Assembly: GCA_951406725.2 (NCBI GenBank) | Contig: OX597832.1 | Location: 21,638,001-21,702,000 of the forward strand | Source: Octopus vulgaris | Taxonomy: Eukaryota | Length of the DNA stretch: 64,000 nt | Direction of reading: 5' to 3' | In this document: positions 19,692-31,746 of the stretch, piece after piece | Numbering within the stretch: the stretch's first letter is position 1 | Layout: each line of letters opens with the position of its first letter | Notes under the pieces: model-generated | Databases searched by the model: none | The model's input: only the letters and a program-made list of their open reading frames with translations | What the model was told of the DNA's origin: nothing | Program-made: the position numbers and the translations under genes

Positions 19692-19784
19692 ACGATTTAC
19701 AGTTTCTTCGTGTAGTTTCTGTTCCAGTATGAAAAACACTATCACTCATAAGCTTCACCAAGACCTTACTACCAGGTTTATAAA

Positions 19785-20275
19785 TGTCGAATTCCTTGAG
19801 CTTGCCCGCTTTGTAAAAGGGCAAGCTCAAGGCCTTTGTAAAAGCAGCTGTTTGTGAAACGAAAGTTACAGCAGTGCTCCAAGACAATATCACTGAGAAG
19901 AAAAATTACGTCTGTTTATATGAAGGAAATTTTAAAAGCCGTTATGCAAGCCATCAGTCTTCTTCTTGTCACATTGATAAAAATAAAGCCACTAAGTTGG
20001 CTAGCTATGTATGGCATCTGAAGACCAAACGCACACCATATGCAATCAAGTGAAGAATCGTGGAGAAATCTACGCCATGTAGAAACAAATCGAAGAGATG
20101 AATGTTATGCGTAAATGAAAGTTTGCACTTTCTTTTTAGGCTCAAGAATTCCACCACACAACTTAATTCCAGATCTGGAATTTTTAGCAAATACAAGCAT
20201 ATGAACAAGTTTATTTAGTCAAACTGGAGGACACCACCCGCTGCGGATTGAGCAGCTATCTCACAAACTTTGCCC
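19785..20275 (+). mobile_element. Penelope-like element GIY-YIG endonuclease remnant
   Basis: Translation KNYVCLYEGNFKSRYASHQSS...TKLASYVWHLK...IK*RIVEK...KR*MLCVNE...LNSRSGIFSKYKHMNKF fits the PLE endonuclease C-terminus; 20222-20275 is repeated in inverted form at ~19404-19447. Confidence 0.75.
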
Positions 20276-20279
20276 TCCA

Positions 20280-21110
20280 TTCTACACCAGCTGGATTATG
20301 ATTTCTACAGACAAAAAAGAAGCAGATCTTGGTTTTCTTTCTTTTCTTTTCTTTCGTCTCTAAATTTCACTTCTTTTAGAACTGCTTTGTCTGTGTATAA
20401 TAGATCATGCGTTCTTCTTGCCTTCCACCTCCAGCCTTTCAGTTCTGGCAGTAAATTCTAGCCTTCAAGATCTCATAAATGCTTTCTGAAAGCATTCCTG
20501 TTAACAGCTTCCACACTAATGGTAAGCAACAGATTGGCCTATAAATGCTAGCTATATTGTCCTTGCTTTTGTCTTTCATAAGGAACACTGTTCTCCCTAT
20601 AGTCATCCAATTAGATATGACTCCTCCATTCAAGCAATCCTGAAGTTGCTCCTTCAGCCTCCCTTGTAAGCGACTAAATTGCTTTAACCAGTACTTTTGA
20701 ACTAATTCTGGTCTTGGGCCCTTCTAATCCGGCATTCTTCCAAACAATTTACTCATTAACGCATTAAACAGTTTTAAACCTGACTGCTTCTCACTAACTA
20801 CTAGTTTTACTTTCTTTAACCATGCAGCATCTCTATTATGATTAACTGGTTTATCCCCAATGTTACTCCAGAACTTTCTAGCTTCTCCTGCATTAGGTTT
20901 CTCCTCTTCAGGACTTCCTTCTACACTATTCGGCGATAAAATCTCCTCTGGTCTGTCTCAAACAATCTGTTCTGTTGATATTAATCTATTCTTTTCTGAT
21001 ATCTGAAAAGTTTACAATCTTTTGTTATGATACGTTGTTTCAGCTCTTTCATAACTATGCTAAATCTCTGACAAAGTAATTTTTCTGAAGAGATTGATGT
21101 CTTGTGTTTC
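20280..21110 (-). mobile_element. R4/Dong-clade LINE reverse transcriptase fragment
   Basis: NWMTIGRTVFLMKDKSKDNIASIYRPICCLPLVWKLLTG and KGWRWKARRTHDLLYTDKAVLKE; abuts an (AAT)n tract at 21117-21190; disrupted frame. Confidence 0.8.
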
Positions 21111-21116
21111 CTAAGC

Positions 21117-21192
<76 letters not shown>

Positions 21193-21879
21193 TTGTTTTT
21201 CTATCTTTTATCCATTCTAGCTCGTTTTTTCTCTTTCTCTGTTTTCTTTTTCTTTTTTCTCTTTCTATTTTTTTAACTGCTTTATATTGTTATAAGAATA
21301 AGAATTGGCGGTGTTATTAAACCCGTAAAGGTCATGCAGGTTTCAAACTCTCTCGTCAAGGACACAACGGTAGGGGTTCCCGTTGCCTTTTCCCAACCCT
21401 AGGCAAGATGTCAGGTCTGCACAATAAGGTAACAAAACACTCGATCATTATTAACCAGTCACCTTAACCACTTTCTGCAGCTGAATTTGGAATCAGCAAC
21501 ACCTGGTGACTGCTTTGCAAACACAAACCGACCTAAGCAAATAATCTAAAAAATATTTTTGTCGAGGATACAGGGTGCATCCAAAGTTTAACCCCGGTCA
21601 TAATCCAATCTAAGAGAATAACATAAACCTATAGAAATATATTAGGTTTATATATTTGTTTTGTAAGATTTTTGATGTGAAATCGTGTGTTAAAACAGAT
21701 ATTGTTGTATTTAGGAATGGTCATTTTGCCATTTTAGCCAATAACACACACTAACTAAACATAGACACACATAGAGGTATACGCATGTGCAAATGAAGAC
21801 ACATACAATAGGAATACAAAATACAAAATGGCTGACCGTTAGTAAGGAGAGACACACAAATAAGAAAGAAGAAAGCAAA

Positions 21880-21924
21880 GGACCACTGATGAAATCACAG
21901 GAGTGTGACGAAAGAACTCTGGCC
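21880..21924 (+). ncRNA. Hammerhead-like motif inside a segment flanked by inverted repeats
   Basis: GGACCA-CTGATGA-A-aTCAC aggagt GTGAc-GAAA-GAAC-TC-TGGCC; inverted repeat ~21698-21750 / ~21990-22047. Confidence 0.55.
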
Positions 21925-22084
21925 GAAATAAGATTAAGATTTATGTAAAAAATAAATAACGTTGAAGCAAAGTATCACCAAATATATAGTGCGTGTGTTT
22001 TTATTGGCTAAACTGGCAAAATGACCATTCCTAAATACAAAAATATAAAAATATAGTTTAATGAGAATGAATATGGAATGTTTT

Positions 22085-22819
22085 TATCTTTTAGTTGTTT
22101 CTGTCCTTAGACTGCGACCATGCTGGGGCATTGCACTGAAGAGGTTTCGCTCGAACGAATCGACCCCAAAGCGTTTTGTTAAGCCTGGTACTATTCAATC
22201 GATCTACCTTGCCGAATTGATAAGTTACGGGGTTGTAAATAAACCAACGTTGATTGTCAAGTGTTGGTGGGGGACAAACACAGACGCAAAGGCACATACA
22301 CATAGATATAGGTACATGCGTAGAGAAGCGATGGTCGGCGGGCGCTTTCGACTTCTCCCATCACCATCTTCATCCACCACCACCATCATCCATTAATGTC
22401 CTTGTCCAGCCCGTAGCTACTACTCTGTGTGCTGCCCTAGTGGCAAATTATATAAAATAAAGTAGCTTGCTTACCAACCACATGGTTCCGGGTTCTGTCC
22501 CACTGCGTGGCACCTTGGGCAAGTGTTTTGTGCTATAACCTCGGGCCGACCAATACCTTGTTAGTGGATTTGGTAGAGGGAAACTGAAAGAAGCCCGTCG
22601 TATGTGAGTGTGTGTGTTTGTCCCCCACCATCGCTTGACAACCGATGCTGGTGTGTCTACGTCTCCGTAACTTAACGGTTCGGCAAAAGACACCGATAGA
22701 ATAAGTACTAGGCTTACAAAGAATAAGTCATGGGGTCGATTTGTTCGACTAAAGGCGGTACTCCCGCATGGCCGCATTCAGATGACGGAAACAACTAAAA
22801 TAGTAAAGGTGTGTGTGTG

Positions 22820-22863
<44 letters not shown>

Positions 22864-23067
22864 TATATGTATATGTGTATATATATACACACACACACAC
22901 ACTTTTATATGACGGGCTTCTTTCAGTTTTCGTCTACCAAATCCACTCACAATACTTGGGCTGGCCCGAGGCTATAATAGAAGACAATTGCCCATGGTGC
23001 CACGCAGTGGGACTGAACCCGGAACCATGTCGTTGGGAAGCAAATCTCTTACTACATAGCCACGCCT
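22085..23067. mobile_element. SINE A cluster (- tail, + near-full copy 22460-22800, - head)
   Basis: Matches family A; the + copy appears nested in a - copy. Confidence 0.85.
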
Positions 23068-23456
23068 TCGTTAGCAATTTGAAAATTTCAGTTTTGCTCT
23101 CATTGAGCAGATTTAGAATTAAACAGTTTCATATATAATCCTTTCGATACCAACACGTTGCTGTTTCCTGTTCTACTGGGTTGTCAGATAAAATCGTTCA
23201 ATATTGAGGGTTGGGGTTTGAAGGTGTTTTTTTTTTTCTACGTAGCTTTCCATTGTCATAAAGGTAAAATTTATTCGAAATTCAAAAACAATGGAAAAAA
23301 GTTGAAGAGGAATAATAAAGATACAAAAAAATCCATAAAACACTGTGGTAAAATATCCTTCATGTTAATTCGAATAACATTGGTAAGAATTTTTTTGTTT
23401 TTTAACGAATGTTAAAAATGACGCATTTACTTGAAAACCCAAAATTATCAAACTTA

Positions 23457-23556
23457 CTCTTTGTAAGCCTAGTACTTATTCTATCGCTAAGTTACGGGGA
23501 CGTAAACACACCAGCTTCGGTTGTCAAGCGTTGTTGGGGGACAAACACAGACACAC

Positions 23557-23615
<59 letters not shown>

Positions 23616-23770
23616 CGACGGGCTTCTTTCGGTTTCCGTCTACCAAATCCACTCACAAGGCTTTGGTCGGCCAGAGGCTATAGTAGAAGATACTTGCCCA
23701 AGGTGCCACGCAGTGAGACTGAACCCGAAACTATGTGGAAAGCTACTTACCACACAGCCACTCCTACGCC
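23457..23770 (-). mobile_element. SINE family A
   Basis: Matches family A from ctttgtaagcctagtactt to ccactcctacgcc. Confidence 0.85.
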
Positions 23771-23831
23771 TATATATGTGTGTATATGTATGTATATGTA
23801 TGTATGTGTATATATATATATATATTGAAGT

Positions 23832-23874
23832 CCACCTGAAGATTGTCGATCAAGACAAGAAACGATTGTAGTGG
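23832..23874 (+). ncRNA. Minimal type I hammerhead ribozyme motif
   Basis: CCAC-CTGAAGA-TTGTC gatcaa GACAA-GAAAC-gatt-GTA-GTGG: intact core, perfect stems I and II, very short stem III with a tetraloop. Confidence 0.75.
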
Positions 23875-23967
23875 CGGTTTTTTTGACTATTTATTAAAAT
23901 TTTATGTATTGATTAAGTCTTTCCTTGTTTGTTTTGCAAAATAGTGGTTTTGTCTCTAATAATATTT

Positions 23968-24042
<75 letters not shown>

Positions 24043-24211
24043 TATATTACATACATATATGCATACATGCATGCATGCATACATACATACATACATACAT
24101 ACATACATACATACATACATACATACATACATACATACATAAATACATATGTATGTACGTACATGAAGTGTGTATGTGTATACAGCTACTTCGACTTTCT
24201 ATATGTTTCAG

Positions 24212-24375
24212 GAAGCGAGAAAAGGAGCTGGAGAAAAAGAAATCTGTACTGACCACAATGTACGATGAATTGCAGCGACTCCGAGATGATATTGAACTCA
24301 CAGAAAAACTATTACGTGCTTTAGAAAAAGAATATTATGAAACTCGAAATGAGATGAGCACTGTTCTACAGTCAG
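24212..24375 (+). CDS. Internal exon of an uncharacterised coiled-coil protein
   Basis: tgtttcag| acceptor and CAG|gtaaat donor; encodes [54 protein letters not shown]; phase-1 end fits the next exon. Confidence 0.85.
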
Positions 24376-24524
24376 GTAAATTGGATTGAGTACTATTTTA
24401 TATCGAGATATCGAAGCCCTGTGTTGCAGTAATGTAGTTGATGTAACCGACTTAATCCGTTTGTCTGTCCTTGTTTGTCCCCTCTGAGTTTAGCCCCTTG
24501 TGGGTAGTAAAGAAATAGATATAT

Positions 24525-24790
24525 ATAAAAGGTCATGAATGACCATGGGATTGCATCTAGAAAGTTCCCCTCAAAAGCATATGTCCGGGAAAGGTTGCTT
24601 ACGCAAGTCCGGCGGTCGCCCATGCATACCAGCCTCTTCTCTCCACGCCACTGATGTTATCCAAGGGAAAGGCAAAGGCCGGTACAGCTTGGTACCAGTG
24701 ATGTTGCAACTCATTTCTACAGCTGAGCGAACTGGAGCAACGCGAAATAAAGAGTCTTGCTCAAGAACACAACACAACATGGTGTGGGAA
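24525..24790 (-). mobile_element. SINE D-related body with a different tail
   Basis: cagctgagcgaactggagcaacgcgaaataaagagtcttgctcaagaacacaac matches 8620-8673, but the distal part differs. Confidence 0.65.
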
Positions 24791-25145
24791 GCGAAATTTC
24801 TTTTCCCACGAGAGTTCCGGACCCCAGTTATGAACTCATCTGCATACAGCTAATCAGAGCTCAACAATCAAACTAATTTACGAGCGCGTAACAAGTGATG
24901 CACGATCAGATAAGGTCACTTGGGTAAGGAACGACCATGCTTCTTTACCCTTTTAATAATGCTTATTCTTATTCTTGTTCCAACCATGGCAGTCCCTGCA
25001 TAGTTATTTGTGGTGTTGTTTACTTTCTAAAACAGTAAGGGGAGAGAGTTGCTAGCAGATCACCCTCTACCCACAATTTTCCCATCCACATCTTTACTAT
25101 ATGGAGCCCTAACAAAATCCAATAATAGGTGTAGATGCAAAAAAG

Positions 25146-25376
25146 GGCGGCGAGCTGGCAGAATCGTTAGCACGCCGGGCGAAATGCGTAGCCGTATTTC
25201 GTCTGCCGTTACGTTCTGAGTTCAAATTCCGTCGAGGTCGACTTTGCCTTTCATCCTTTCGGGGTCGATAAATCTAGTACCAGTTACGCACTGGGGTCGA
25301 TATAATCGACTTAATCCATTTGTCTGTCCTTGTTTGTCCCCTCTGTGTTTAGCCCCTTGTGGGTAATAAAGAAATA
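25146..25376 (+). mobile_element. SINE family B, full length with TSD
   Basis: Head ggcggcgagctggcagaatcg...gagttcaaattcc, Meta-like gtcgactttgcctttcatcctttcggggtcgataaa, tail ...gtaataaagaaata; ggtgtagat(g/t)caaa on both sides. Confidence 0.9.
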
Positions 25377-25529
25377 GGTGTAGATTCAAATCTTTCGAAT
25401 TACTTGTGAGTGTCTGCGCGTGCGTGTGCTTTCATTACTATTCTGCATTCCACCTTTCACCCCCACGCCAATCCCCCTCTCTCTCTACTTCATCTTTCCA
25501 TACTCATATTTATTTATTTCTCGTTTCAG

Positions 25530-25783
25530 TTATTTCGGAAAATTTCGAGAAATTTGCCTTAGAAGAACAACCGATACTCTACAACCAAGTAATGCAGATC
25601 CAGGATGCAAAGCAAGCAGCATTGATGCTCAAGTCGTTACGAAGACAACAAGCCGCCATGCAATATCTGGCCAGCGTCACTTATAGTAAATTCGTCCAGT
25701 TTAATCATGGCTTCTTATCGGATGACGATTCGAGTAAAAGTGGTCGTCCACCCAACGCGGAAGAGAAAAAAGCAGTGCCTCCT
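25530..25783 (+). CDS. Internal exon of the same gene
   Basis: tttctcgtttcag| acceptor; G+TT=Val joins the previous exon in frame; VISENFEKFALEEQPILYNQVMQIQDAKQAALMLKSLRRQQAAMQYLASV...EEKKAVPP; phase-0 donor |gttagt. Confidence 0.85.
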
Positions 25784-25876
25784 GTTAGTAAGACACACAC
25801 TGACTTTTGTCTGTTAATTTTAATTATATATATATATATATTGGTGAAACTCTGCTAATTAGGTGCTGCATTTAAT

Positions 25877-25957
<81 letters not shown>

Positions 25958-26057
25958 GTGTGTGTGAGTGTGTGTGTGTGTATGTATGTATATATATATG
26001 TATATAGATATATGTATGTATGTATGTATGTATTATTATTATTACTATCATTATTAT

Positions 26058-26338
26058 TGTTCGGGTCACTGCTTGGAATCGAACTCGGATTCTTGGGGTT
26101 CGTAGTAGCCCGCGCTTTTAACCACTACGCCATATGCCCGTGGTCATATGGCGTAGTGGTTTTAAAAGCGCAGGCTATCGAAAAATACCTTAAGAATGAT
26201 AAACCAGGATCGAAATTTCCCCAAGACACCTGATGAAGGCTGGAGAGTATATCAGACGAAACGTTGTGTTAACAACAAACAAGATGAAGACAAATATCCG
26301 TCAAATGTAAATAATGTAAATAATGTACATAATTCCAC
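26058..26338 (+). mobile_element. tRNA-headed hammerhead-containing element, copy 1, with inverted 5' head
   Basis: Inverted tRNA-like head ~26058-26138, direct partial head, HHR 26225-26270 (GACAC-CTGATGA-A-GGCTG..CAGAC-GAAAC-GTT-GTGTT) and (TGTAAATAA)n tail. Confidence 0.75.
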
Positions 26339-26443
26339 ATCTCTTAAATATAGAACTGTACATTTTTCTTAATGCTTTTCCTTAATGTAACTCTAGCATT
26401 CCACTTTAATGGGTATTTTTTTCCTTCACTTTTCATTGTTCAG

Positions 26444-26617
26444 AATCGCCGGAGGAAAAGTGCAATACCAAGACCAACGGTGCTAACCTCCGTTCTAAGA
26501 CACAACAATCCCAATGAGGAAACTGGTTTGGATGATGATAGCAGGTTGATTTTTGATAGGAACGTCGAAGTTTTAGAACAACAAGAATCTTCCGATTATG
26601 ATATGGACCTTTGCTAA
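26444..26617 (+). CDS. Terminal coding exon of the same gene
   Basis: Strong pyrimidine tract ttccttcacttttcattgttcag|, phase 0, NRRRKSAIPRPTVLTSVLRHNNP...SSDYDMDLC*, followed by a T-rich UTR. Confidence 0.8.
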   Translation, partial: NRRRKSAIPRPTVLTSVLRHNNPNEETGLDDDSRLIFDRNVEVLEQQESSDYDMDLC

Positions 26618-26746
26618 AAGAAAGAAGAATCGTCAACTTGTAATTTTTTTTTTTCTGGAATGAGGACAATGTCAAAATCACTTTTGTTTTGTTTTTGCCC
26701 CTTTTTTTTAAAAATTATATTTTCACAAATGTATTTATATGATTCT

Positions 26747-26752
26747 AATAAA
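26747..26752 (+). promoter_or_regulatory. Polyadenylation signal AATAAA
   Basis: 130 nt after the stop codon, with a T-rich tract downstream. Confidence 0.55.
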
Positions 26753-26815
26753 AAATAATAGTTTTGAAATACAGAAGGTTATCAACTGCTCCTTTTTTTT
26801 TTTTTCTTTCTAAAA

Positions 26816-27038
26816 TACGAGTGGGTACTGACAAAGCTCGTGGCTACCCCGAAAGGCTTGGTTGGGGGCCCAAACTTCCGAGTTTTGGTGGGGTTTATTT
26901 TACAGGGCTTAGAAAAACTGAAGGACCGCTGCAATAGGTGTGTGAATCTGAAAGAGGAATACGTTCAATAAAATCATTAACTGATTCTTTTGCATTTTCT
27001 TTTACTCACAACCAGGAACTTTTCAGCACCTTTACGTA
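26816..27038 (+). mobile_element. Mariner deletion derivative
   Basis: Imperfect TIRs tacgagtgggtactgacaaag / cttttcagcacctttacgta; internal LEKLKDRCNRCVNLKEEYVQ* resembles a mariner transposase C-terminus. Confidence 0.7.
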
Positions 27039-27280
27039 TAAGAATTATGGATATATAATGCATTAACCCAAACATGGGTGCAGCAAAATAGCTTTTTAAT
27101 TAGACCATTTATTTTTTCAAATATCTAATTAGATAATTCTGTTGTGTCTGGGGAGAGTCATTTTCTTTTTGTGCCTTATAATTTAACACACTTACCGGTA
27201 AAATATGCTTCAACACACGAACTCACATAAAGAATCTTGCAAACCAAATCCAAAAACAAAACTAATTAGATAATTTTACA

Positions 27281-27500
27281 TTATTTACATTATTTACATT
27301 TGACGGATATTTGTCCTCATCTTGTTTGTTGTTAACACAAAGTTTCGGTTGACGTTATCCTCCAGCCTTCATCAGGTATCCTGGGGAAATTTCGAACCTG
27401 AGTTCTCATTCCTAAGGTATTTTTCGATGTTATTATTATTCAAGCCGCCGCCTGGAATCGAACTCGGAATCTTCGGGTTAGTCCGTGCTCTTAACCACTA
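27281..27500 (-). mobile_element. tRNA-headed hammerhead-containing element, copy 2, with TSD
   Basis: Minus strand tagtggttaagagc...gagttcgattcc, linker, HHR 27334-27380, (tgtaaataa)n tail; flanked by the direct repeat tagataattttacat (27267 and 27499). Confidence 0.8.
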
Positions 27501-28056
27501 GATAATTTTACATGATAATTTCCAAATAGTCGTACCGGTTATTTAACGTTTCAACAAAAAAGGTCAGCTATGTGGTTCAAAAGCTCGTTTTTGCTGCCAC
27601 GTGTTTTCTGGTTAAAACCCACTGCGTGGTACCTTGGGCAAGTGTTTTCTACCATGGCTCCGAATCGACCAGTTGAGCTTGCATTTGCTCTCCACCATCG
27701 CTAGACAACCGCCCCAAAACTTACCAATTCGGTAAAAGTATGAGTCAGCGAAACAAATAAGTATTGGGTTGGATTTGTTTGGTGAAAACTTTTCAAAGTG
27801 GTGCCCCAGCATGACTGCAGTCTAATGACTGAAACAAGAGATTAAAAAGATATATATATATATATATCACATTTATCATATGACATCAGATCAATGAAAA
27901 TAAATGAATATCAATGAATATCGATGAATATCAAAAGCTAATATGATGTGTCATATGATTCTTGTGTTTACATACGAGATTCGCCGACTCAGCTCTGAAA
28001 TTTCAGAGTGTCTAGCTTCCCTTTGATTATTCGTGTTCAATTCACCCAAACGCTGG

Positions 28057-28117
<61 letters not shown>

Positions 28118-28139
28118 TACATATATACAAGTATTTATA

Positions 28140-28900
28140 TTATGTGTGAAAGAATATCCTATCGTATTTCAAAAATGGGAAAGAAACAAATGCGTCTTTG
28201 GTCTTAATTGATATATTTAATCAAGATAATATTTCCTCTCTTTATTGATAACATAATTCCATCTATTTGGCAAATCGGTGATTCCTCAGGCATAAAATTC
28301 TTCAAGTTTCGAAGTAAAGCATCTCTCAGTATCATTTTTAACATCTTCACAATAAACTGGGTTCTTTTTTTCTCTAAATAATGTTACAATGATCTGAAAA
28401 GATGATAGTCAGATGGAGCGAGGGCAGAAGATTATGAAAGATAAAACTTTCATATATAGTGCCATAAGGTTTTTCCTGGGTGACATGGGCAATAGATTGC
28501 CTTACGCCAGGGCTCCCCAACCAGGGATGCTCGCATCATTTGTGGGTGCGAGATAGCATTCCAGTGGGTGCCAGCAGGGATGGATTTATAGGGGGTCGAA
28601 GAGGGCAATCGCCCCGGGAACGTTTATTCTTATATAAGTTATTACTTTAAGGGGTGCGAGAATATATTAAAAGTGTTTAGGAGTGAGGGGCATAACAAAG
28701 ATTGGGGACCGCTGTCTTACGCTATCGTACAACATCCCTTTGCGATTGACCAATGGTGAGCGTTTTTTTCTGCAAATTCTTGTGCAATGGTCAAACTGAC
28801 GATAATACTTGTGTGCATTAGCTCTTTCACTTTGGTTTGGTGCTTCATGATAGATGACGCCCCTCATATGCCAGCAACAGAGCATAACTATTTTTTATCT
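28140..28900 (-). mobile_element. Degenerate mariner transposase
   Basis: MLCCWHMRGVIYHE...RKKRSPLVNRKGMLYDSVR, then SALAPSDYHLFRSL (YSPDLAPSDYHLF motif) and GITDLPNRWNYVI; contains stops and frameshifts. Confidence 0.85.
28508..28714. mobile_element. hAT-type MITE nested in the mariner
   Basis: TIRs cagggctccccaa / ttggggaccgctg; 8-bp TSD ccttacgc / tcttacgc. Confidence 0.8.
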
Positions 28901-29239
28901 GGGGATTGATTCTCCTTTATTCCTGGATGCGAACTATTACCAGTTTTGGTGGTAATGATTAAAGATAACCTATTTTTCCTTGATTGCGATGTTTAATTTA
29001 GTGTAATCTGTTTGCCTTGGGTTATATCATGCTGGTGATTTCAAATAAGGACGAAATGGAGCTTTACATACCTACTTGCGATTAGAAACTATTTTAAACA
29101 TTTGTAACGAGAGGAAGAGGGGAAAATTGCTAAATATTATATTTTGTGCATCTTTTTCGTTAGTCTTCGATTTGGAATTCAAACATCTGGCCCCACCATG
29201 TTTTATCTAGAAGTGGTTATCTCTCTTAGTGTAAATACC

Positions 29240-29470
29240 TATTTCTTTACTACCCACAAGGGGCTAAACACAGAGAGGACAAACAAGGAGAGACAAACGG
29301 ATTAAGTCGATTACATCAACCCCAGTGCGTAACTGGTACTTAATTTATCGACCCCGAAAGGATGAAAGGCAAAGTCGACCTCGGCGGAATTTGAACTCAG
29401 AACGTAACGGCAGACGAAATACGGCTACGCATTTCGCCCGGCGTGCTAACATTTCTGCCAGCTCGCCGCC
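29240..29470 (-). mobile_element. SINE family B, full length with TSD
   Basis: Reverse complement of 25146-25376; tgtaaatacc at 29230 and 29475. Confidence 0.9.
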
Positions 29471-29976
29471 TTATTGTAAATACCGACATACCGCCATGTT
29501 ATAATCACAAGGTTCAGCTATCAAGGATGATTTGACGGTGGGTTGAACAGCAATCAGAGTTGCTGTTGAAAAGAAAGCGCTTAAATCGAACTCACAAAGT
29601 AAAGCATCGTAACTATAAGCCAATTATCTCCCACCACACGACTAATTCCCGCTCTTCTGCTTGCTTTTCTTTCATAATCCACAATACATGTAAACAATGT
29701 TTGATATTTTTATTTCATTGAACGAAACAATTTGGATTCGATGAGCATCAACTTTAATTGTATGTGAGTGTGTGCATATGTGTCTTCGTGTTTGCGTGTG
29801 TGTGTGTGTAATGGGTGTGTATAGTGTGTGGTGTATGTGTGTATCTGTGCGTGTGTTTTGTGTAGGGTGGAAGACGTATTCGTATGTTTTCTTTGTACCA
29901 CTTCAAATATTTATGAATGCCACATTGAGAACATCTCTGTCTATTTTACGTATGCATGGGTGTGTGCATACACATA

Positions 29977-30053
<77 letters not shown>

Positions 30054-30091
30054 ACATATATATGTATATATATATATACACATATATATAC

Positions 30092-30165
<74 letters not shown>

Positions 30166-30302
30166 GCATATGTATGTGTGTAATTGTTTTATGTTCATAT
30201 ACAATCCAGTAATATATACATGTACATGCACCCGTGTGTAAGTGCCTCTAATTTGAAATACACAGACACACACTCATATATATGCATGGTATATATATGC
30301 AT

Positions 30303-30354
<52 letters not shown>

Positions 30355-30370
30355 CACATATAAACATTCA

Positions 30371-30407
<37 letters not shown>

Positions 30408-30659
30408 TCATACATACGTATTATACGCATAAACAATTGAATTGCATCTAAAGAAATGGGAAATAATAATTGTTATATAAGAAAGACAAGGAGAGGCTGG
30501 AAGTTTGGAAGGTGGGAGTGAAGAGGGGGTGAGTAATTGTTTAGGAGGGGTAGGTGGGTGTGAGCTAGGTATATATGCACACACACAAACACACACACAA
30601 ATATATATATATTTATTTATTTATATGTATATATATATGTATGTATGTATTATCTCTAT

Positions 30660-30709
<50 letters not shown>

Positions 30710-30734
30710 CTATACACACACACATATATATATA

Positions 30735-30804
<70 letters not shown>

Positions 30805-30868
30805 AATATAAATGTATATGCATACATATATATATATGCATAGATAGATAGACAGATAAATAGATAGA

Positions 30869-30938
<70 letters not shown>

Positions 30939-31674
30939 TACATACATATATAAACATCTACTTATATACGTACGTAAGAAGGTAAATACGTGTGTAACTT
31001 TGTATACAAGCGCGCGCACACACACGCACACACACACATATATATATATATATGCATACATATATAAATGTATGTATAAAAAGTATATATCTATCTATCC
31101 ATTTGTATCTATGTGTGTGAAATGAGAGAGAGATACATATCTAAACATACATATATATGAGTGCGTGCGTTTGTGGAGAGAGAGAGAGGGAGAGAGAGGG
31201 GGAGGGAGAGTGGGTTGGAGGTAGGTACATCGTCGAAAGGGCCGGGCTGATGGGGTGGGGGTGGGAGTAGAGATAGTTTTGTTTGCAATCTTTAAGTGCT
31301 AGAAATCTATTATAAGATGATACGCATATATATATATATATACGATTGAATATCGACTGGATACTGATGTAAGCATTCTGTAACAGAGCAGAGAAAGTGA
31401 AATATAGAATGGGGGAGAAGGAGGAAGAGGAGAGGGAAGAGGGAGGGGGAGGGGAGAGGAAGAGAGTGAGGGGAGGAGTGTGTGATGAGGAGGGTGAGAG
31501 GAGAAGGGTGATGTGAGGAGGAGGATGAGAGCACGGTGGAAAGATGGGGAGGAGCTGGAGGAAGGAGAGGGTTTTAAATGTGTGCTTGTTTTGTTTGTGT
31601 GCATATATATATATATATTTATATATATATATGTATATATACACGCACATGCACACACACGTATGCACATATAT

Positions 31675-31713
<39 letters not shown>

Positions 31714-31714
31714 C

Positions 31715-31746
<32 letters not shown>

